Shown here: positions 1 to 11,898 of the stretch, piece after piece
How positions within the stretch are numbered: the stretch's first letter is position 1
Layout of the letters: each line of letters opens with the position of its first letter
Assembly: GCA_965226495.1 (NCBI GenBank)
Contig: OZ245365.1
Span: forward strand, 5,952,001-6,016,000
Source of the DNA: Candidatus Marinacidobacterales bacterium
GTDB lineage: Bacteria; Acidobacteriota; Vicinamibacteria; Marinacidobacterales; DATDRI01
Direction of reading: 5' to 3'
DNA: 64,000 nucleotides
Made by a program: the position numbers and the translations under genes
Notes under the pieces: generated by a model
Told to the model about the DNA's origin: nothing
What the model saw: only the letters and a program-made list of their open reading frames with translations
The model's database searches: none

Positions 1-746
1 CCACTCACCTCGAGCTCGAGATAGAGAATGCCCTTGGTCCCTAGGCGCATCTCGACCGAACCGTCCGACTGCTGCCCGGGTCCGGCCTGGAGCATGGCGT
101 CCGCCGTCTTCAACCGTTCGCGGTAAGGGTCTAACACTTCGTGGAAGTTTGGAGAACCCTGCTCCTCCTCACCGTCGCAGGTGAACATGATATTGACCGG
201 GAGCTCGCCGCCGCTGGCGAGAATGGCCTCACAAGCGTTCAAGAAAAAGCGGTTCGGCCCTTTGGAATTGAACGCGCCGCGAGCGAGGATGATCTCCTCG
301 AAGGGATCCATCGGCATTCTTTCTGCAGCCAAGGGATCTGCCGTCCACCGCTCCTTCTCGAAGGGTTGCGTGTCGTACATCATGTAGGTCGCGACGGTCT
401 TGGGAGCTCCGGCGTCGTAGTAGGCCCAGACCCCAGGGAATCCTTTTGTTTCGATCAACTTCACTTCCTGGCAACCCAGCGTGCGGAGGGATTCCACCAT
501 TCGATCTGCCATCTCGCGGATACCCATGTTCCAGGAGCTCACGGAGGCCTGACGCAGGTCGGCTTGTAGTTTGGCGATGTGCTCCTCTCTGTGCTCGGCG
601 ATATACCGGTGGGCGCGGCGGACCGCATCCGAGTTCAAGACATCTTGCGCATAGGCGGGGTTGGCTACGAACGGAAAAGCAGTGTAGGCGGCAGCACCCA
701 TCGCGGCGCGGCTGGAAAGCTCGAGGAACTGCTTGCGGGTGAGCAT
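1..746 (-). CDS. M20/M25/M40 family metallopeptidase with Tat-like signal (runs off left edge; missing from ORF track)
   Basis: Manual translation gives MLTRKQFLELSSRAAMG...YMMYDTQP...ILARGAFNSKG...LPVNIMFTCDGEEEQGS...LGTKGILYLELEV; GGAGG RBS at 759-763. Confidence 0.85.
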   Translation of the reverse strand, partial: MLTRKQFLELSSRAAMGAAAYTAFPFVANPAYAQDVLNSDAVRRAHRYIAEHREEHIAKLQADLRQASVSSWNMGIREMADRMVESLRTLGCQEVKLIETKGFPGVWAYYDAGAPKTVATYMMYDTQPFEKERWTADPLAAERMPMDPFEEIILARGAFNSKGPNRFFLNACEAILASGGELPVNIMFTCDGEEEQGSPNFHEVLDPYRERLKTADAMLQAGPGQQSDGSVEMRLGTKGILYLELEVS

Positions 747-941
747 CACGAATTGCGACCTCCCTGATCATTCGGATTAACGATGCGTTGTTGTCGGGTA
801 TAGCGTCTTCCCGTGCCGAGGTCAAGGCACCGCGCCGCCCTCCGCTCTTCCACGCATCATCTTGCTCTAAGTTGCTGGTTTGACACGGAGTTGCTGGGAT
901 GCTACAAATCTCAGCTTGCCTCTAAGCTAGACTCTATTACC

Positions 942-1721
942 TTGCTCAAAAACCTACGAAACCTCGTCCGCTACCGCGTCCTCATCCATAGCCTCGTGGT
1001 GCGCGAGATCAAGGCCCGCTATCGCGGGTCGGTTCTGGGCTTTCTCTGGTCATTCATCAATCCGCTTCTTCAGCTGCTCATCTATACATTCGTCTTCGCC
1101 TACGTGATGCCCGGTCGCTTCCAGGTCGAACCCTATCCTCTATTTCTCTTCACCGGCATCCTCCCCTGGACATGGTTCAGCTCCTCGGTTCTGGAGTCTT
1201 CGAACGTTCTTATTACCAGCGGAAATCTCATCAAGAAGATCCTCTTCCCCGCAGAAGTGCTGGTGTTCGTCGTGGTGCTCTCGAACCTGTTTCATTTTTT
1301 TCTCGGGCTTCCGATCTTGGTCGCTTTCCTGATCTACTTCGGGAAGATCCACCTGACGGTCGTGTTACTGCCCGTCGTGATTCTTATTCAGCTCGTCTTC
1401 AGTCTTGGAGTCTGTCTCTTCTTCGCGGCGCTATCCGTCCACTTTAGAGACGTTCAAAACATCCTGGCGAACCTCATGATGTTGTGGTTCTTTTCGAGCC
1501 CGGTCATCTACCCATACCTGGATATCTCTCCCAATATTCAGCGCTGGCTCAATTACAACCCGATGACCCACATTCTCGTGGGCTATCACCAGACCCTCTT
1601 TACCGGCAGCCTGGGGCATTGGCCTTGGCTCTTGGCGGTGTCGGTGGGGGCAGTCGTAACTTTCTTGGTTGGTTACGCTTTTTTTGACCGCCTGCGGGAC
1701 ACATACGCCGAGGAGGTATGA
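942..1721 (+). CDS. wzm: ABC-2 polysaccharide export permease (Wzm/TagG)
   Basis: REIKARYRGSVLGFLWSFINPL and NPMT motifs, about 6 TM segments; start uncertain (TTG at 942). Confidence 0.88.
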   Translation: MLKNLRNLVRYRVLIHSLVVREIKARYRGSVLGFLWSFINPLLQLLIYTFVFAYVMPGRFQVEPYPLFLFTGILPWTWFSSSVLESSNVLITSGNLIKKILFPAEVLVFVVVLSNLFHFFLGLPILVAFLIYFGKIHLTVVLLPVVILIQLVFSLGVCLFFAALSVHFRDVQNILANLMMLWFFSSPVIYPYLDISPNIQRWLNYNPMTHILVGYHQTLFTGSLGHWPWLLAVSVGAVVTFLVGYAFFDRLRDTYAEEV

Positions 1722-1725
1722 AGAA

Positions 1726-3039
1726 GTGGGCATAGCGGTTCGCGTTTCCGATGTGACGAAAGTCTATCAGCGTTATGCACACCGCAAGCAGTTCCGCACG
1801 CTAAAGAGCGCTCTACTCACGGGCAGCTTGATCGACGACCTCAAACCGGAGGAGACCTTTTCTGCCTTGTCCGGCGTGACCTTCAACGTATGGGAAGGCT
1901 CGACCTTCGCCATCATTGGGCGAAACGGATCTGGGAAGAGCTCCCTACTCAAAGTCCTCGCCGGAATAACCAAACCCACTTCTGGGGAAGTGGAGGTCAA
2001 GGGGCGGATCTCGGCACTCATCGAGCTGGGAGCGGGTTTCCATCCCGAGATAACAGGACGGGAGAACGTTTTCATCAACGGGATCATGCTCGGACTCAGC
2101 AAGCGTGAGATTACCGAGCGTTTCTCGGAGATCGTGGCATTCGCCGAGCTCGAGGAGTTTATCGACGCTCCTGTCAAGACATACTCGTCCGGCATGTATA
2201 TGAGACTCGGCTTCGCCGTTGCGATCCACGTGAACCCCGACGTGCTCATCATCGACGAAGTGCTTGCGGTGGGAGATCAAGAATTCGTGCATAAGTGCCT
2301 CGACAAGATTAGCGAGTTTCGCCGGAGGGGGAAGACGATTTTGCTGGTAACGCATAGTCTCGGGTTGGTGGAGAAACTGGCCGACGAGGCGTTATGGCTG
2401 GACCAGGGAAAGATCCAGGTGCGAGGCGATCCGAAGAAGGTGGTGGATGCGTACTTGGCGCAGGTCACGTCGTTCGAAGAGGGGGCGATGGCGGCTGCGG
2501 AGGAGCAGGCAGTGGCGGAGTTCGCCGAGCCGCAGCAGGAGTCGGGAGATTCTGAGAAAGAAGAGTCTTCCGCGAGGGAAAAGGGTCGTTGGGGCTCGCG
2601 AGAGGTTGAGATCAGCGAAGCCGCGTTGATTGGAGAAAACGGTCAACCCCGCCACGTCTTCGACACCGGAGAGTCGGTGAGCATCCGGTTGAAAATCAAG
2701 AGCAGCGGAACCATCAAGGATTTCGTGTTCGGGGTCGGGATCTTCAACGCCGACGGTATATGCTGCTATGGGACCAATACTCAGATCGAAGAGTTCACGC
2801 CCGTCTCGCTTGTAGGGGACGGCGAGGTGAAGCTAGCCCTCGATCGATTGGATCTCGTGGAAGGGACCTACTTTGTGGATGTGGCGGCTCACCAGCGAGA
2901 CGGTTACCCCTTCGACTACCACCGCGCGCTCCACACGTTCCGCGTGAACTCGCGAATCAAGGATACCGGGATCTATCGACCAAATCACCGCTGGGAGTTT
3001 TCTTCCAACATCGTTATGAAGCCGCCGGAAGACGAATGA
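1726..3039 (+). CDS. wzt: Polysaccharide ABC exporter ATPase with C-terminal Wzt_C domain
   Basis: [21 protein letters not shown]; C-terminal beta-domain after [10 protein letters not shown]. Confidence 0.92.
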   Translation: MGIAVRVSDVTKVYQRYAHRKQFRTLKSALLTGSLIDDLKPEETFSALSGVTFNVWEGSTFAIIGRNGSGKSSLLKVLAGITKPTSGEVEVKGRISALIELGAGFHPEITGRENVFINGIMLGLSKREITERFSEIVAFAELEEFIDAPVKTYSSGMYMRLGFAVAIHVNPDVLIIDEVLAVGDQEFVHKCLDKISEFRRRGKTILLVTHSLGLVEKLADEALWLDQGKIQVRGDPKKVVDAYLAQVTSFEEGAMAAAEEQAVAEFAEPQQESGDSEKEESSAREKGRWGSREVEISEAALIGENGQPRHVFDTGESVSIRLKIKSSGTIKDFVFGVGIFNADGICCYGTNTQIEEFTPVSLVGDGEVKLALDRLDLVEGTYFVDVAAHQRDGYPFDYHRALHTFRVNSRIKDTGIYRPNHRWEFSSNIVMKPPEDE

Positions 3040-3536
3040 GCGCCGCGAAACTGCTCGACTCGGAGGCCATGAGAAACGAGCGGGAAAGGCTTCGCGCCGC
3101 CGGTATCCGACTCGTCTTTACCAACGGTTGCTTCGACCTACTCCACCCTGGACACGTTCGCTACCTGCCGGAGGCGCGAGCGCAAGGAGATCGACTGGTG
3201 GTGGCAGTCAATGCGGATCGTACGGTCACCGCGCTGAAGGGGGAGGGACGACCCATCCTCCCGCTCGCGGAACGGATGGAGATTTTGGCTGCCCTCGAGG
3301 CCGTGGACTACGTCATAGCATTCGATGAAGAGACGCCGGCACGAGTAATTCAGGATCTGGTGCCGGATGTTCTAGTAAAGGGGGGAGACTGGTCGACCGA
3401 TCAGATCGTAGGTCGGGACACAGTCCAAGCCGCGGGAGGGCGCGTTATGTCGCTGCCTTTCTCGCCAGGCTATTCCACCTCCCGTCTCATTGACGTGGTC
3501 GTCAGAGGCCAGAACAAACTTGAAGAAGACGAGTGA
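3036..3536 (+). CDS. rfaE2: D-glycero-beta-D-manno-heptose 1-phosphate adenylyltransferase
   Basis: [34 protein letters not shown]. Confidence 0.92.
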   Translation: MSAAKLLDSEAMRNERERLRAAGIRLVFTNGCFDLLHPGHVRYLPEARAQGDRLVVAVNADRTVTALKGEGRPILPLAERMEILAALEAVDYVIAFDEETPARVIQDLVPDVLVKGGDWSTDQIVGRDTVQAAGGRVMSLPFSPGYSTSRLIDVVVRGQNKLEEDE

Positions 3537-6500
3537 AGCCGGTGTTGGAGACGCACGAGTTGGCGCGCGTTCTGGAGGATGCGGGGATTGGCGAGATCCG
3601 CTCCGGCCTCTCGACCCCCCCTGGAGGACGACCAGGCGTCCGACGCATCAGCGGGCTCATGGGACCGGCTCGCACGTTGGTCGAAGCCATTCTGGCTGCC
3701 CCCGAGCCAGGCCCCGTCCTCCTAGTCGTTTCGCACGAGAGGCGGGTCGCGGAAGTCTCCTCCGACGTGGCGGCATTTTTCACGTCGATGGGAATCCGTC
3801 GAGAGATATTCCCTTTTCCCGCGCTAGAGGTTGACCCCTACCGCGGGCTCTCTCCACATTTCGACATCATGGCAGCGCGTGCACGTGCGCTGGCGGCTTT
3901 TCTGCAAGAGACACCGGCGCTATTCATCGCACCGGCTGCTGCACTCCTTTTTCGAACGGCGTCTCCTCAGATTTTTTCGGAGGGGATCCTTTCACTTCGT
4001 AGTGGGCAAGTTATCGAGCCGAGCGACATCGAGCGGACGCTCGTCGATTCCGGCTATCTACATGAGGACCCCGTTGTCAGCCCTGGCGATTTTGCGCGAC
4101 GGGGAGGAATTCTGGACATCTATCCGCCCTCGCGCGACGAACCGCTTAGGCTTGAGTTCGTGGGTGACACGCTGGAAGAAATCCGGAGTTTTGACCCAGA
4201 GAGCCAGCGTGCGACCGGCACGTTAGAATCGGTCGATGTTTATCCGGCTCGAGAGTGGATCTTCAGAGAAAATGAGCGTCAACGCCTTATCGACCGGCTG
4301 AGCGATGAAAACGTAGGCGACCTCGAGTTGAAGGAGAGGCTCGAGAGAGAAAGCTTTCCCCCCGGAACGTCCTTCGTTCTTCCCCACCTCGCGGAGTATC
4401 GCGCGACGCTTTTCGATTATTTGCGAAACGGCACGCTTCTGGTCGAGGAACCGGCAGAAATCGCCCGGCAAGCGACGTCAGAATGGGAGCGCGTCCTCGA
4501 GAGTTACGGAGAAGCAGCCACGACCCGCGACACCGCCTACGCGCGTCCAGCGGAGCTGCTCCTGACTCCCGAAGACCTCTCCGCTCACTTCGGAAACCGT
4601 TCGGTGACCATCCAAGAGTTGGACGTCCTGGATGAAGATTCCGGTTCCGCTAGCGCCTTTCACCTGCCGAGCCAACTGCTTCCCTCCTTTAGGGGGAGGA
4701 TCAAGGATTTCCTCGCCGAGATCCGGCAGCAGCTCGACAAGGACCGTCGTATTCACGTCTTTGTTGGCAACCGGGGGTTGGCCGAGCGATTGGTTGAGAT
4801 TCTCGAAGAAGCACAGATCTCGGCCGCGATGGCTTCCGAAGAGTCACAAGCGCGGGGGACGGTAGTGCTTCACATCGGCAATCTCTCACATGGTTTCCTG
4901 CTTCCTTCGCTCGGTCAGGCGGTGTTTGCGGGTAGAGATGTCTTCGAAGAGCCTCCACGACCGGAGCGCAGGCGTTCGAGCAAGCTCGGTCGTTTTCTTT
5001 CCGACTTTCGGGACTTGAAGGTCGGCGACTACGTTGTCCATGCGGATCACGGGATCGGTGTCTTCACCGGCCTACGTCAGATTGCCCCGCAGTCGGGAAG
5101 CGGTGAGTTTGTCATTCTCGAGTACCTGGGAGGGGACAAGCTCTACGTTCCGGTTGAGAAGCTCGATCTGCTCGAGAAGTACTCGGGCCCCGAGGGCCAG
5201 AAACCGCGTATCGAGAAGCTTGGCGGTACGGGGTGGGAGCGGGTCAAGAGCCGGGTTAAGAAATCGATGCGCGACATGGCGCAGGAGCTCCTGAAGCTGT
5301 ACGCGGTGCGGAAGTCCATGCCCGGTCACTCGTTTGCTGCCGATACTCATTGGCAACGCGAGCTCGAGGATCAATTCGAGTATCAGGAGACAGTGGATCA
5401 GGCCCAGGCCATCGAAGAGGTCAAGCGTGACATGGAGGCACCCTTCCCTATGGATCGGCTCCTCTGCGGCGATGTGGGTTATGGGAAGACGGAAGTCGCG
5501 ATGCGCGCTGCTTTCAAGACGGTGATGGATGGAAAACAGGTGGCAGTTCTCGTGCCTACTACCGTCCTAGCGTTTCAACATCTTCATACCTTCCGGTCAC
5601 GGTTCAGCGCTTTTCCGGTTCGTGTCGAGATGCTCTCTAGGTTTCGGACGCCGAAGGAGCAGAAGGTAACCGTCAAGGAGCTCGCTGCCGGTGCCGTCGA
5701 CGTGGTCATCGGAACTCACCGCCTCTTTTCCAAGGACGTTCAGTTTAAAGACCTGGGCCTTCTGGTGGTTGACGAAGAGCAGCGATTCGGCGTTGGGCAC
5801 AAAGAAAGGTTGAAGCAGCTTCGCAAGCAAGTGGACAGCGTGACGATGACCGCCACCCCCATCCCGCGTACGCTCCATATGTCGCTTGCTGGCATCCGCG
5901 ATCTTTCCGTTATCGAGACGCCGCCGAAGGATCGGATGGCGATTCAAACCTACGTCACACGATTGGACTCCAAAATTTTGGCCGAGGCTCTCCGCTACGA
6001 GTTGGGACGAGGTGGCCAGGTCTACTTTGTTCACAATCGGGTAAGTTCCATTTATTCGATGGCATCTTATCTGCAGCGGCTCGTGCCCGAGGCTCGCATC
6101 GGAGTCGGCCATGGCCAGATGAAAGAAGCCGACCTCGAGCGAACCATGCTTCGATTCGTCCGGCAGGAGTTCGATGTGCTGGTCAGCACAACCATCATCG
6201 AGAACGGTCTGGACATACCGCTCGTCAACACCCTGATCGTCAATCGTGCCGACCGCTTTGGTCTCTCCCAGCTCTATCAGCTTCGCGGCCGGGTCGGCCG
6301 CTCCAACCGGCGCGCCTATGCGTATTTTCTCGTTCCCGATGAGAGTGCTCTGACCCCCGTCGCCCGGCGCCGGCTCGCCGCGATCCGCGAGTTTAGCGAT
6401 CTCGGCGCCGGCTTCCGCATCGCGGCGCTGGATCTCGAGTTGCGGGGCGCGGGGAACGTACTCGGCGGCGAACAACACGGGCACATTGATGCGGTCGGCT

Positions 6501-7048
6501 TCGAGCTTTACTGCAAGCTTTTGGAGCAGGCGATTCGGGAGCTGTCCGGAGAAGAGGCCGAGCTCGCTCGATCCACTTTGAATCTCAAGATCGATCTGAA
6601 GATCCCAGAGTCGTTTATTCCCGACATCAATCAGCGTATGTCGGTATACAAGCGGGTTTCCACTGCCAGCGACGCCGCAGCCATCGAAGCGTTGGCGGCG
6701 GAGATCGGAGATCGCTACGGCACGATTCCGGACTCGGTCGAAAGACTCTTCGAGTACGCTCGCCTCAGACTGTTGGCGGAGGGTCTGCGGGTAGTGGCGA
6801 TCGATCGCGAGGGCGATCTGCTGGCCTTTCGATTCGACGCTGCGTCTCCGGTCGACCCTACGAGCTTGGTCAAGCTTGCTGGAGAGCTTCCGGGGGCGCG
6901 GATGACGCCGGGGGGAGTCCTCAAGCTACCGCTTACTCAAACCGAGACTGCCGACCTTCTCCTCCGGGTGAGGGAGGTTTTGCTCGAGCTCTCTCCCTAC
7001 TCTAAAATGAAAGGAACTAGCCCTAGGGAGACGGAGGCCAGGACGTGA
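3533..7048 (+). CDS. mfd: Transcription-repair coupling factor
   Basis: RGGILDI, CarD-like domain, [40 protein letters not shown]. Confidence 0.98.
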   Translation: MKPVLETHELARVLEDAGIGEIRSGLSTPPGGRPGVRRISGLMGPARTLVEAILAAPEPGPVLLVVSHERRVAEVSSDVAAFFTSMGIRREIFPFPALEVDPYRGLSPHFDIMAARARALAAFLQETPALFIAPAAALLFRTASPQIFSEGILSLRSGQVIEPSDIERTLVDSGYLHEDPVVSPGDFARRGGILDIYPPSRDEPLRLEFVGDTLEEIRSFDPESQRATGTLESVDVYPAREWIFRENERQRLIDRLSDENVGDLELKERLERESFPPGTSFVLPHLAEYRATLFDYLRNGTLLVEEPAEIARQATSEWERVLESYGEAATTRDTAYARPAELLLTPEDLSAHFGNRSVTIQELDVLDEDSGSASAFHLPSQLLPSFRGRIKDFLAEIRQQLDKDRRIHVFVGNRGLAERLVEILEEAQISAAMASEESQARGTVVLHIGNLSHGFLLPSLGQAVFAGRDVFEEPPRPERRRSSKLGRFLSDFRDLKVGDYVVHADHGIGVFTGLRQIAPQSGSGEFVILEYLGGDKLYVPVEKLDLLEKYSGPEGQKPRIEKLGGTGWERVKSRVKKSMRDMAQELLKLYAVRKSMPGHSFAADTHWQRELEDQFEYQETVDQAQAIEEVKRDMEAPFPMDRLLCGDVGYGKTEVAMRAAFKTVMDGKQVAVLVPTTVLAFQHLHTFRSRFSAFPVRVEMLSRFRTPKEQKVTVKELAAGAVDVVIGTHRLFSKDVQFKDLGLLVVDEEQRFGVGHKERLKQLRKQVDSVTMTATPIPRTLHMSLAGIRDLSVIETPPKDRMAIQTYVTRLDSKILAEALRYELGRGGQVYFVHNRVSSIYSMASYLQRLVPEARIGVGHGQMKEADLERTMLRFVRQEFDVLVSTTIIENGLDIPLVNTLIVNRADRFGLSQLYQLRGRVGRSNRRAYAYFLVPDESALTPVARRRLAAIREFSDLGAGFRIAALDLELRGAGNVLGGEQHGHIDAVGFELYCKLLEQAIRELSGEEAELARSTLNLKIDLKIPESFIPDINQRMSVYKRVSTASDAAAIEALAAEIGDRYGTIPDSVERLFEYARLRLLAEGLRVVAIDREGDLLAFRFDAASPVDPTSLVKLAGELPGARMTPGGVLKLPLTQTETADLLLRVREVLLELSPYSKMKGTSPRETEART

Positions 7049-8010
7049 GGTGGCTGGAAGCGGCCACAATTGTGGGGTTTATCGCGCCGCTATTGGGTTG
7101 CGCAGAGCCTGCGGCGGATCCAATTATCGCAGAGGTTGGCAGCGACGTGGTGACCCTGTCCGAGTTCGAAGCCTACGTCCGAGCGGTTGGCGAGGAAGAC
7201 GTTCCCCTTGTCGGGGGCGAGCTGAAATCGGCTTTGTTGGAACAGCTCATCGAGGAGTTGCTCTTGCTGCAAGCCGCCAAGGATGAAGGCATAGAAGTCG
7301 CTCCCGGTGAGGTCGAGGTGCTCCGCGCCCAGTTGGTGTCGGGGCTGGAAAAACCGGAGCAAGTTGGCCCGGCCGAGTCGCAGGAACACTCGGGCCATAA
7401 TCTTCGCGACCTGACGGCTCACCTGACGCTCAAGAAGCTCATGGAGGCTAAAATTTTGAGGGACATCGCGGTCACCGAAGAAGAGATCGCGGCCTACTAT
7501 GAGGCCAACCGCACCTTTTACAAACGGCCAGAGGCGGTAGCGATTTCCCAACTTCTGGTTGAGAAAGAAGAGGAGGCGAGTCGGCTGCATCGAGAGCTGA
7601 CCGCGGACACGTCTCGCTTCGAGGAACTGGCTCAAGCGCATTCGGTAGGGCCTGAGGCCGGCAATGGGGGACACCTCGGTGCCTTTCGCCGTGGCGAGCT
7701 ACCGGCATCCTTCGAGAGAGAAGTGTTCGGCATCAAGAAGGGAACGCTGTCTCCGGTCGTCAAGACTGACTTTGGGTTTCACATTTTCCGCGTCGATCAG
7801 ACGTTTCGGGCGCGGGACTTGCCGCTGAAAGACGTGGAACAGGCTATCCGGGTTGAGCTACTGCGCCAAAAGAGCGACGAAGCCTTGGCGCTCTTCATGG
7901 AAGTTCTAGAGAAACGTTACCCGGTCCGGGTCGCTACCGAAGAATTGGACTTTCCGTTCATGAATCGGAATGGGTATGACACGGAACCGAGAACAGCGGG
8001 TGAGCAGTAA
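7045..8010 (+). CDS. PpiC/PrsA-type peptidyl-prolyl isomerase, probable lipoprotein
   Basis: LLGC lipobox, FEELAQAHS, GGHLG, VKTDFGFHI. Confidence 0.88.
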   Translation: MRWLEAATIVGFIAPLLGCAEPAADPIIAEVGSDVVTLSEFEAYVRAVGEEDVPLVGGELKSALLEQLIEELLLLQAAKDEGIEVAPGEVEVLRAQLVSGLEKPEQVGPAESQEHSGHNLRDLTAHLTLKKLMEAKILRDIAVTEEEIAAYYEANRTFYKRPEAVAISQLLVEKEEEASRLHRELTADTSRFEELAQAHSVGPEAGNGGHLGAFRRGELPASFEREVFGIKKGTLSPVVKTDFGFHIFRVDQTFRARDLPLKDVEQAIRVELLRQKSDEALALFMEVLEKRYPVRVATEELDFPFMNRNGYDTEPRTAGEQ

Positions 8011-8035
8011 TCAGTCATCAGAGGCCAGAAAAGAC

Positions 8036-9061
8036 ATGATATACACAATCATCGCAATCACGTTGGCGGGAGCGCTCGGCGCTTCTCAACCCGAAATAGT
8101 AGAGCGTGTGGTGGCCAAAGTGAACGGCAGGATCATCACCATGACCGAGCTGGATGATGAAATGAAGACGGTCCTGGAACAGTTGGGACCGGCCGCGAGC
8201 GCGGAGGAGGAGCGGCTCCGGATGGCCGAGTTACGTCCCGAGGTCCTCCAGAGCATGATCGACAACATGCTCGTCCTGCAGCTCGCGACCGAAAGAGGTC
8301 TCGAGGTTCCACCACGCTATTTCGAAGAGTGGAAGGCCAACGTCATGGAGGAAATGAGCCTCGAGTCCGAAGAGGAGCTTACCCGTCAGATGGAATTACA
8401 GGGCATGAACATGGCCCAGTTCAAGAAACAGTGGGAAGAGGGCCTTCTGATACAAGAGATCCGCCGTATCGAGGTAGATAACAAGGTTTCTGTCAACGAG
8501 CCGGAGATCGAAAAGTACTATCACGAGCACATCAGCGAATACACGCAACCGGCGAAGGTTCGGTTTCGTGAGATCGTCGTGCGATTCGATGCAAGCACCG
8601 AGTTTGAAGCGGTCGACAAGGCGAAGCGCCTGCATCAAGATCTGCTGCAAGGAGCCAGCTTCGCCGAAGTGGCCCGACTTCATTCAGACTCTTCATCGCG
8701 TGACGCGGGCGGCGATCTAGGTTTTTTCGAAAAGGGCGAGCTCGCCGAGCCGCTGAACGAGGTGGCCTTCAGCCTCGCGCCGGGAGAAATTAGTGAAGTG
8801 CTACGCATGGGTGCCGCGTTCTACATCGTGAAGGTGGAGGAGACGACGGAGGAGCACACCCTGCCGGTCGAAGACGTCCGCAAAACGATCGCCGACTCCA
8901 TTTATCAAGAAAGCGTGCAGGAACAAAGCAAGAAGTACATCACCAAACTCCGTGAGCAAGCCATCATTGAGATCCAGCTAGACCCGAAACCCAAGGGACC
9001 CGTTAAGCCCGACGGGCCCGCTAAGGAAGCGCAGGCTCCCGGCGAGAGCCCAGGCCAGTAA
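8036..9061 (+). CDS. SurA-like peptidyl-prolyl isomerase/chaperone
   Basis: VERVVAKVNGRIIT SurA N-domain, FAEVARLHS, GGDLGF. Confidence 0.88.
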   Translation: MIYTIIAITLAGALGASQPEIVERVVAKVNGRIITMTELDDEMKTVLEQLGPAASAEEERLRMAELRPEVLQSMIDNMLVLQLATERGLEVPPRYFEEWKANVMEEMSLESEEELTRQMELQGMNMAQFKKQWEEGLLIQEIRRIEVDNKVSVNEPEIEKYYHEHISEYTQPAKVRFREIVVRFDASTEFEAVDKAKRLHQDLLQGASFAEVARLHSDSSSRDAGGDLGFFEKGELAEPLNEVAFSLAPGEISEVLRMGAAFYIVKVEETTEEHTLPVEDVRKTIADSIYQESVQEQSKKYITKLREQAIIEIQLDPKPKGPVKPDGPAKEAQAPGESPGQ

Positions 9062-9086
9062 GGGGCAGTAAGAGACGGGTTCGTGA

Positions 9087-9353
9087 TTGCGAATTGATAA
9101 CTTCCTCAGGCAATCGCGGCTGGTGAAGCGTCGAACGCTTGCGAAGGAGCTTTGTGAGGAGGGAGCGGTGACCCTGAACGGGAGACCGGCGCGGGCGGGA
9201 AAGGAAGTCGCGCCCGGAGATCGGCTCGGTTTGAGGCTTTGGAACCGGCGGCTGGTGATCGAGGTCGAGCAGATTCCAGAAAGGGCTCCATCGGTTGTGG
9301 AAGCCCGCCAGCTGTACAGGATCATAGAGGAGAGTCGGGTAGAGGAACTGTAG
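9087..9353 (+). CDS. S4-domain RNA-binding protein (Hsp15/RqcP-like)
   Basis: MRIDNFLRQSRLVKRRTLAKELCEEGAV. Confidence 0.88.
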   Translation: MRIDNFLRQSRLVKRRTLAKELCEEGAVTLNGRPARAGKEVAPGDRLGLRLWNRRLVIEVEQIPERAPSVVEARQLYRIIEESRVEEL

Positions 9354-9355
9354 GT

Positions 9356-10375
9356 ATGAAAAGCCTAGTCATCGATCGTCTCGAAGTGAATCCGCCCTTG
9401 GTCCTCGCTCCACTCGCGGGGCATACTGATCGAGCCTTCCGTGGCTTGGTAAGGCACCTAGGTGGCTGCGGTCTGGTGGTGACCGAGATGGTCAGCTCTG
9501 AGGGGTTGACCCGAGGTAGCCAGGCTTCCCGAGATATCGCCGCCGTGACTCACGAGGAGCGCCCGGTGGGCGTCCAGGTATTCGGAACCGATCCCGACCG
9601 GCTCGCCGCCGCCGCCAACATGGTTGACGAGTTCGGTGCTGATCTGGTCGACGTCAACATGGGGTGTCCGGTTCCCAAAGTGACGCGGCTCGGCGCGGGT
9701 GCCGCTTTAATGCGTGATGTGAAGCAAGCGAGCAAACTTATTTCTCAGATGGTGAAGTTGGCCACCATTCCGGTGACGGCCAAGATCCGTTCTGGTTGGG
9801 ACTACGATTGCATCAACGCTCGAGAGGTGGCCTGCGCACTCGAAGATGCCGGCGCCGCCGCCATCACCGTACACCCGCGTTGTCGCAGTGAACGACACCG
9901 TGGGAAAGCCGCTTGGCAAGTCATTCGAGACGTGAAGGAATCGGTAAAAATTCCTGTAATCGGGAATGGAGACGTGCGCTCTGCGGAGGATGCGCGAGCG
10001 ATGATCGCCGAGACCGGCGTGGACGCCATTATGATCGGCCGCGGCGCCCTCGAGAATCCCTGGGTGTTCCGCCAAGTGAGCGACGAGCTTAGCGGTAGAG
10101 AATCGTCTCATCCCACGATGAATGACTACCGACAGGCGATCACGTTTTTTACCCAGAGTCTCAAGGAGTATCTGCCGGATAAGCTGGTAGTGAATCGTGT
10201 GAAAGCCCTCATCGGGTGGATCTCGAAGGGCTTGCCGGGAGGCGCGGCTCTCCGGCGGAACATATACGCTTCGAAGACACTTCCGGAAGTTACTCACGTT
10301 TTCGAAGCCTACTTCGCAGACCCGAACTGTCAGCTGGCGGAAGAAGAACCCCGCCTCGCACCTTACCCTGCCTAG
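9356..10375 (+). CDS. dusB: tRNA-dihydrouridine synthase B
   Basis: LAPLAG, TEMVSS, DVNMGCPV, IPVIGNGD, MIGRG. Confidence 0.92.
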   Translation: MKSLVIDRLEVNPPLVLAPLAGHTDRAFRGLVRHLGGCGLVVTEMVSSEGLTRGSQASRDIAAVTHEERPVGVQVFGTDPDRLAAAANMVDEFGADLVDVNMGCPVPKVTRLGAGAALMRDVKQASKLISQMVKLATIPVTAKIRSGWDYDCINAREVACALEDAGAAAITVHPRCRSERHRGKAAWQVIRDVKESVKIPVIGNGDVRSAEDARAMIAETGVDAIMIGRGALENPWVFRQVSDELSGRESSHPTMNDYRQAITFFTQSLKEYLPDKLVVNRVKALIGWISKGLPGGAALRRNIYASKTLPEVTHVFEAYFADPNCQLAEEEPRLAPYPA

Positions 10376-10758
10376 CCCGCCTGGCCCGTTCGCTCGGTTC
10401 CGCGAAGAGGGAGGGGACGGAAAAAGAAAACCACCGTGACGGCGAGTAGGGTCATCGCCGCACTCACCAAGAGCCATTGCGGAGCTCGAAAATACACCAA
10501 GTTCTCCACGTAGTGAATAAGGAAGGCCCCCTCGTACGCCGAAGATCCAGCTCGCCTCCACAAGGCTTGCTCAAGGTGAGTCAGCGGGCAGGTCCAACGG
10601 AAGACTTCGATCGCCAGGCTATAGATGACCGCAAGCAAGTGAATGCGCCTCAAGCGGGAGTGTCGACGTAACCAGAAAGCCCCGGTGATAACGAAAACGA
10701 TCCACGCCAAGTGCAGTAGGACTGTGGCTTCGGCGGCCAGGGTGTATACGAGCTTCAA
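10372..10758 (-). CDS. DUF2784-like membrane protein
   Basis: HLAWIVF...CPLTHLEQALW...FLIHY; start uncertain. Confidence 0.75.
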   Translation of the reverse strand: MKLVYTLAAEATVLLHLAWIVFVITGAFWLRRHSRLRRIHLLAVIYSLAIEVFRWTCPLTHLEQALWRRAGSSAYEGAFLIHYVENLVYFRAPQWLLVSAAMTLLAVTVVFFFRPLPLRGTERTGQAG

Positions 10759-11855
10759 TGAGGGGATACCTCTTCTTCTTCCCGCTCTTTCAAAACGCGA
10801 AGCACGTTTTCCCCTAAGATCTTGCGGACTCTCTCTTCGCTCCATCCCGCATCGAGCATGAGCTGGGTGAGCCCGGTAGCATCGACCGGGGTTTGCACGA
10901 AGCCGTCAAAGTCACTGCCCAGCGCCGCCACGTCCTCTCCTCCAACCGAGACCATGTGCCGGAGGTGTGCCATCACTTCGAGGAGATCCGATTGCTCCGT
11001 GGCCGGTGGGGCCAGCATGACGCCGATCACTCCCTCCTTGGCCGCTATGACCCGGATCTGCTCATCGCTGATGTTTCGCGGCGTGTCGTGGATGGCGCGT
11101 GCGCCGATGTGGCTAACGAGCGGAGGCAGAGTGGTAAGCGCGAGTGATTCCTCGAAGCTCTTTGCACTGGCATGTGAGAGATCGACCATGACGCCCCGCC
11201 GGTTCATCTCTAGAATCAGCTCTCGACCCAGATCGGTGAGCCCTCGATTCGAGCCCTGGGAGCTTCCACCGTACTTATTGTCCGCCAAGTGCACCGGCCC
11301 GATGAAGAGCACGCCTTGGTGTTTCACATCTTCGACTCGAGAGAGATCGTCGTCCAGCGCATGGGCGCCTTCAATGCCGTGAAAGACTGAGAGAACGCCT
11401 CGTCGATGGTTTTCCCGAATGGCGTCGGCGGTATCGACTCGCTGCACGAGGCCCTCGGATTGAGCGACGAAATCGTGCATGCGTTGAAGCTGATACTGAA
11501 GTCGCTCCCATGGCGACAGCCAGGTCGCTGGTGGCCAGAAGTCATGGAACGCCTTGAGTCCCGCGACACCGAAAAAGAGGGTGGCGGTGGTGAAGGCAGT
11601 AGCGTCCAAGCCCCCTTCTCGCATGCGAGAAAAATCCACGTGTCCACCAGAGGGTGGGAGGTTGAGATCGCGCGGCCAGAGGAGGGAGTCGACATGAAGG
11701 TCGATTACGATGGCCTCGCGGTGAATACGAATTGCCTCTGGACCGGGCTTCACCGCGGGGGGTGCATAGCGGGGAGTCGGTTCTAGATCGACGAGGAAGA
11801 AGATGACCAGAAAGACTAGTGAGATGGAGAGTAGGTAGCGGAGAGTGCGCCGCAT
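10755..11855 (-). CDS. Membrane dipeptidase (peptidase M19)
   Basis: IDLHVD, IEGAH, VDLSH, SH, LGSDFDG; likely start MRRTLRY, since the upstream extension lies in repeat DNA. Confidence 0.88.
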   Translation of the reverse strand: MRRTLRYLLSISLVFLVIFFLVDLEPTPRYAPPAVKPGPEAIRIHREAIVIDLHVDSLLWPRDLNLPPSGGHVDFSRMREGGLDATAFTTATLFFGVAGLKAFHDFWPPATWLSPWERLQYQLQRMHDFVAQSEGLVQRVDTADAIRENHRRGVLSVFHGIEGAHALDDDLSRVEDVKHQGVLFIGPVHLADNKYGGSSQGSNRGLTDLGRELILEMNRRGVMVDLSHASAKSFEESLALTTLPPLVSHIGARAIHDTPRNISDEQIRVIAAKEGVIGVMLAPPATEQSDLLEVMAHLRHMVSVGGEDVAALGSDFDGFVQTPVDATGLTQLMLDAGWSEERVRKILGENVLRVLKEREEEEVSPH

Positions 11856-11898
11856 GGGGCACATTGTAAAGCGAAAAAACAAAAGGGGGGCCTTGCAC

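Noticed and set aside
229-825. ORF-track 198-aa minus ORF and overlapping plus ORFs
   Set aside because: Wrong frame; the real gene is the M20 peptidase frame starting near 746 and running off the edge.
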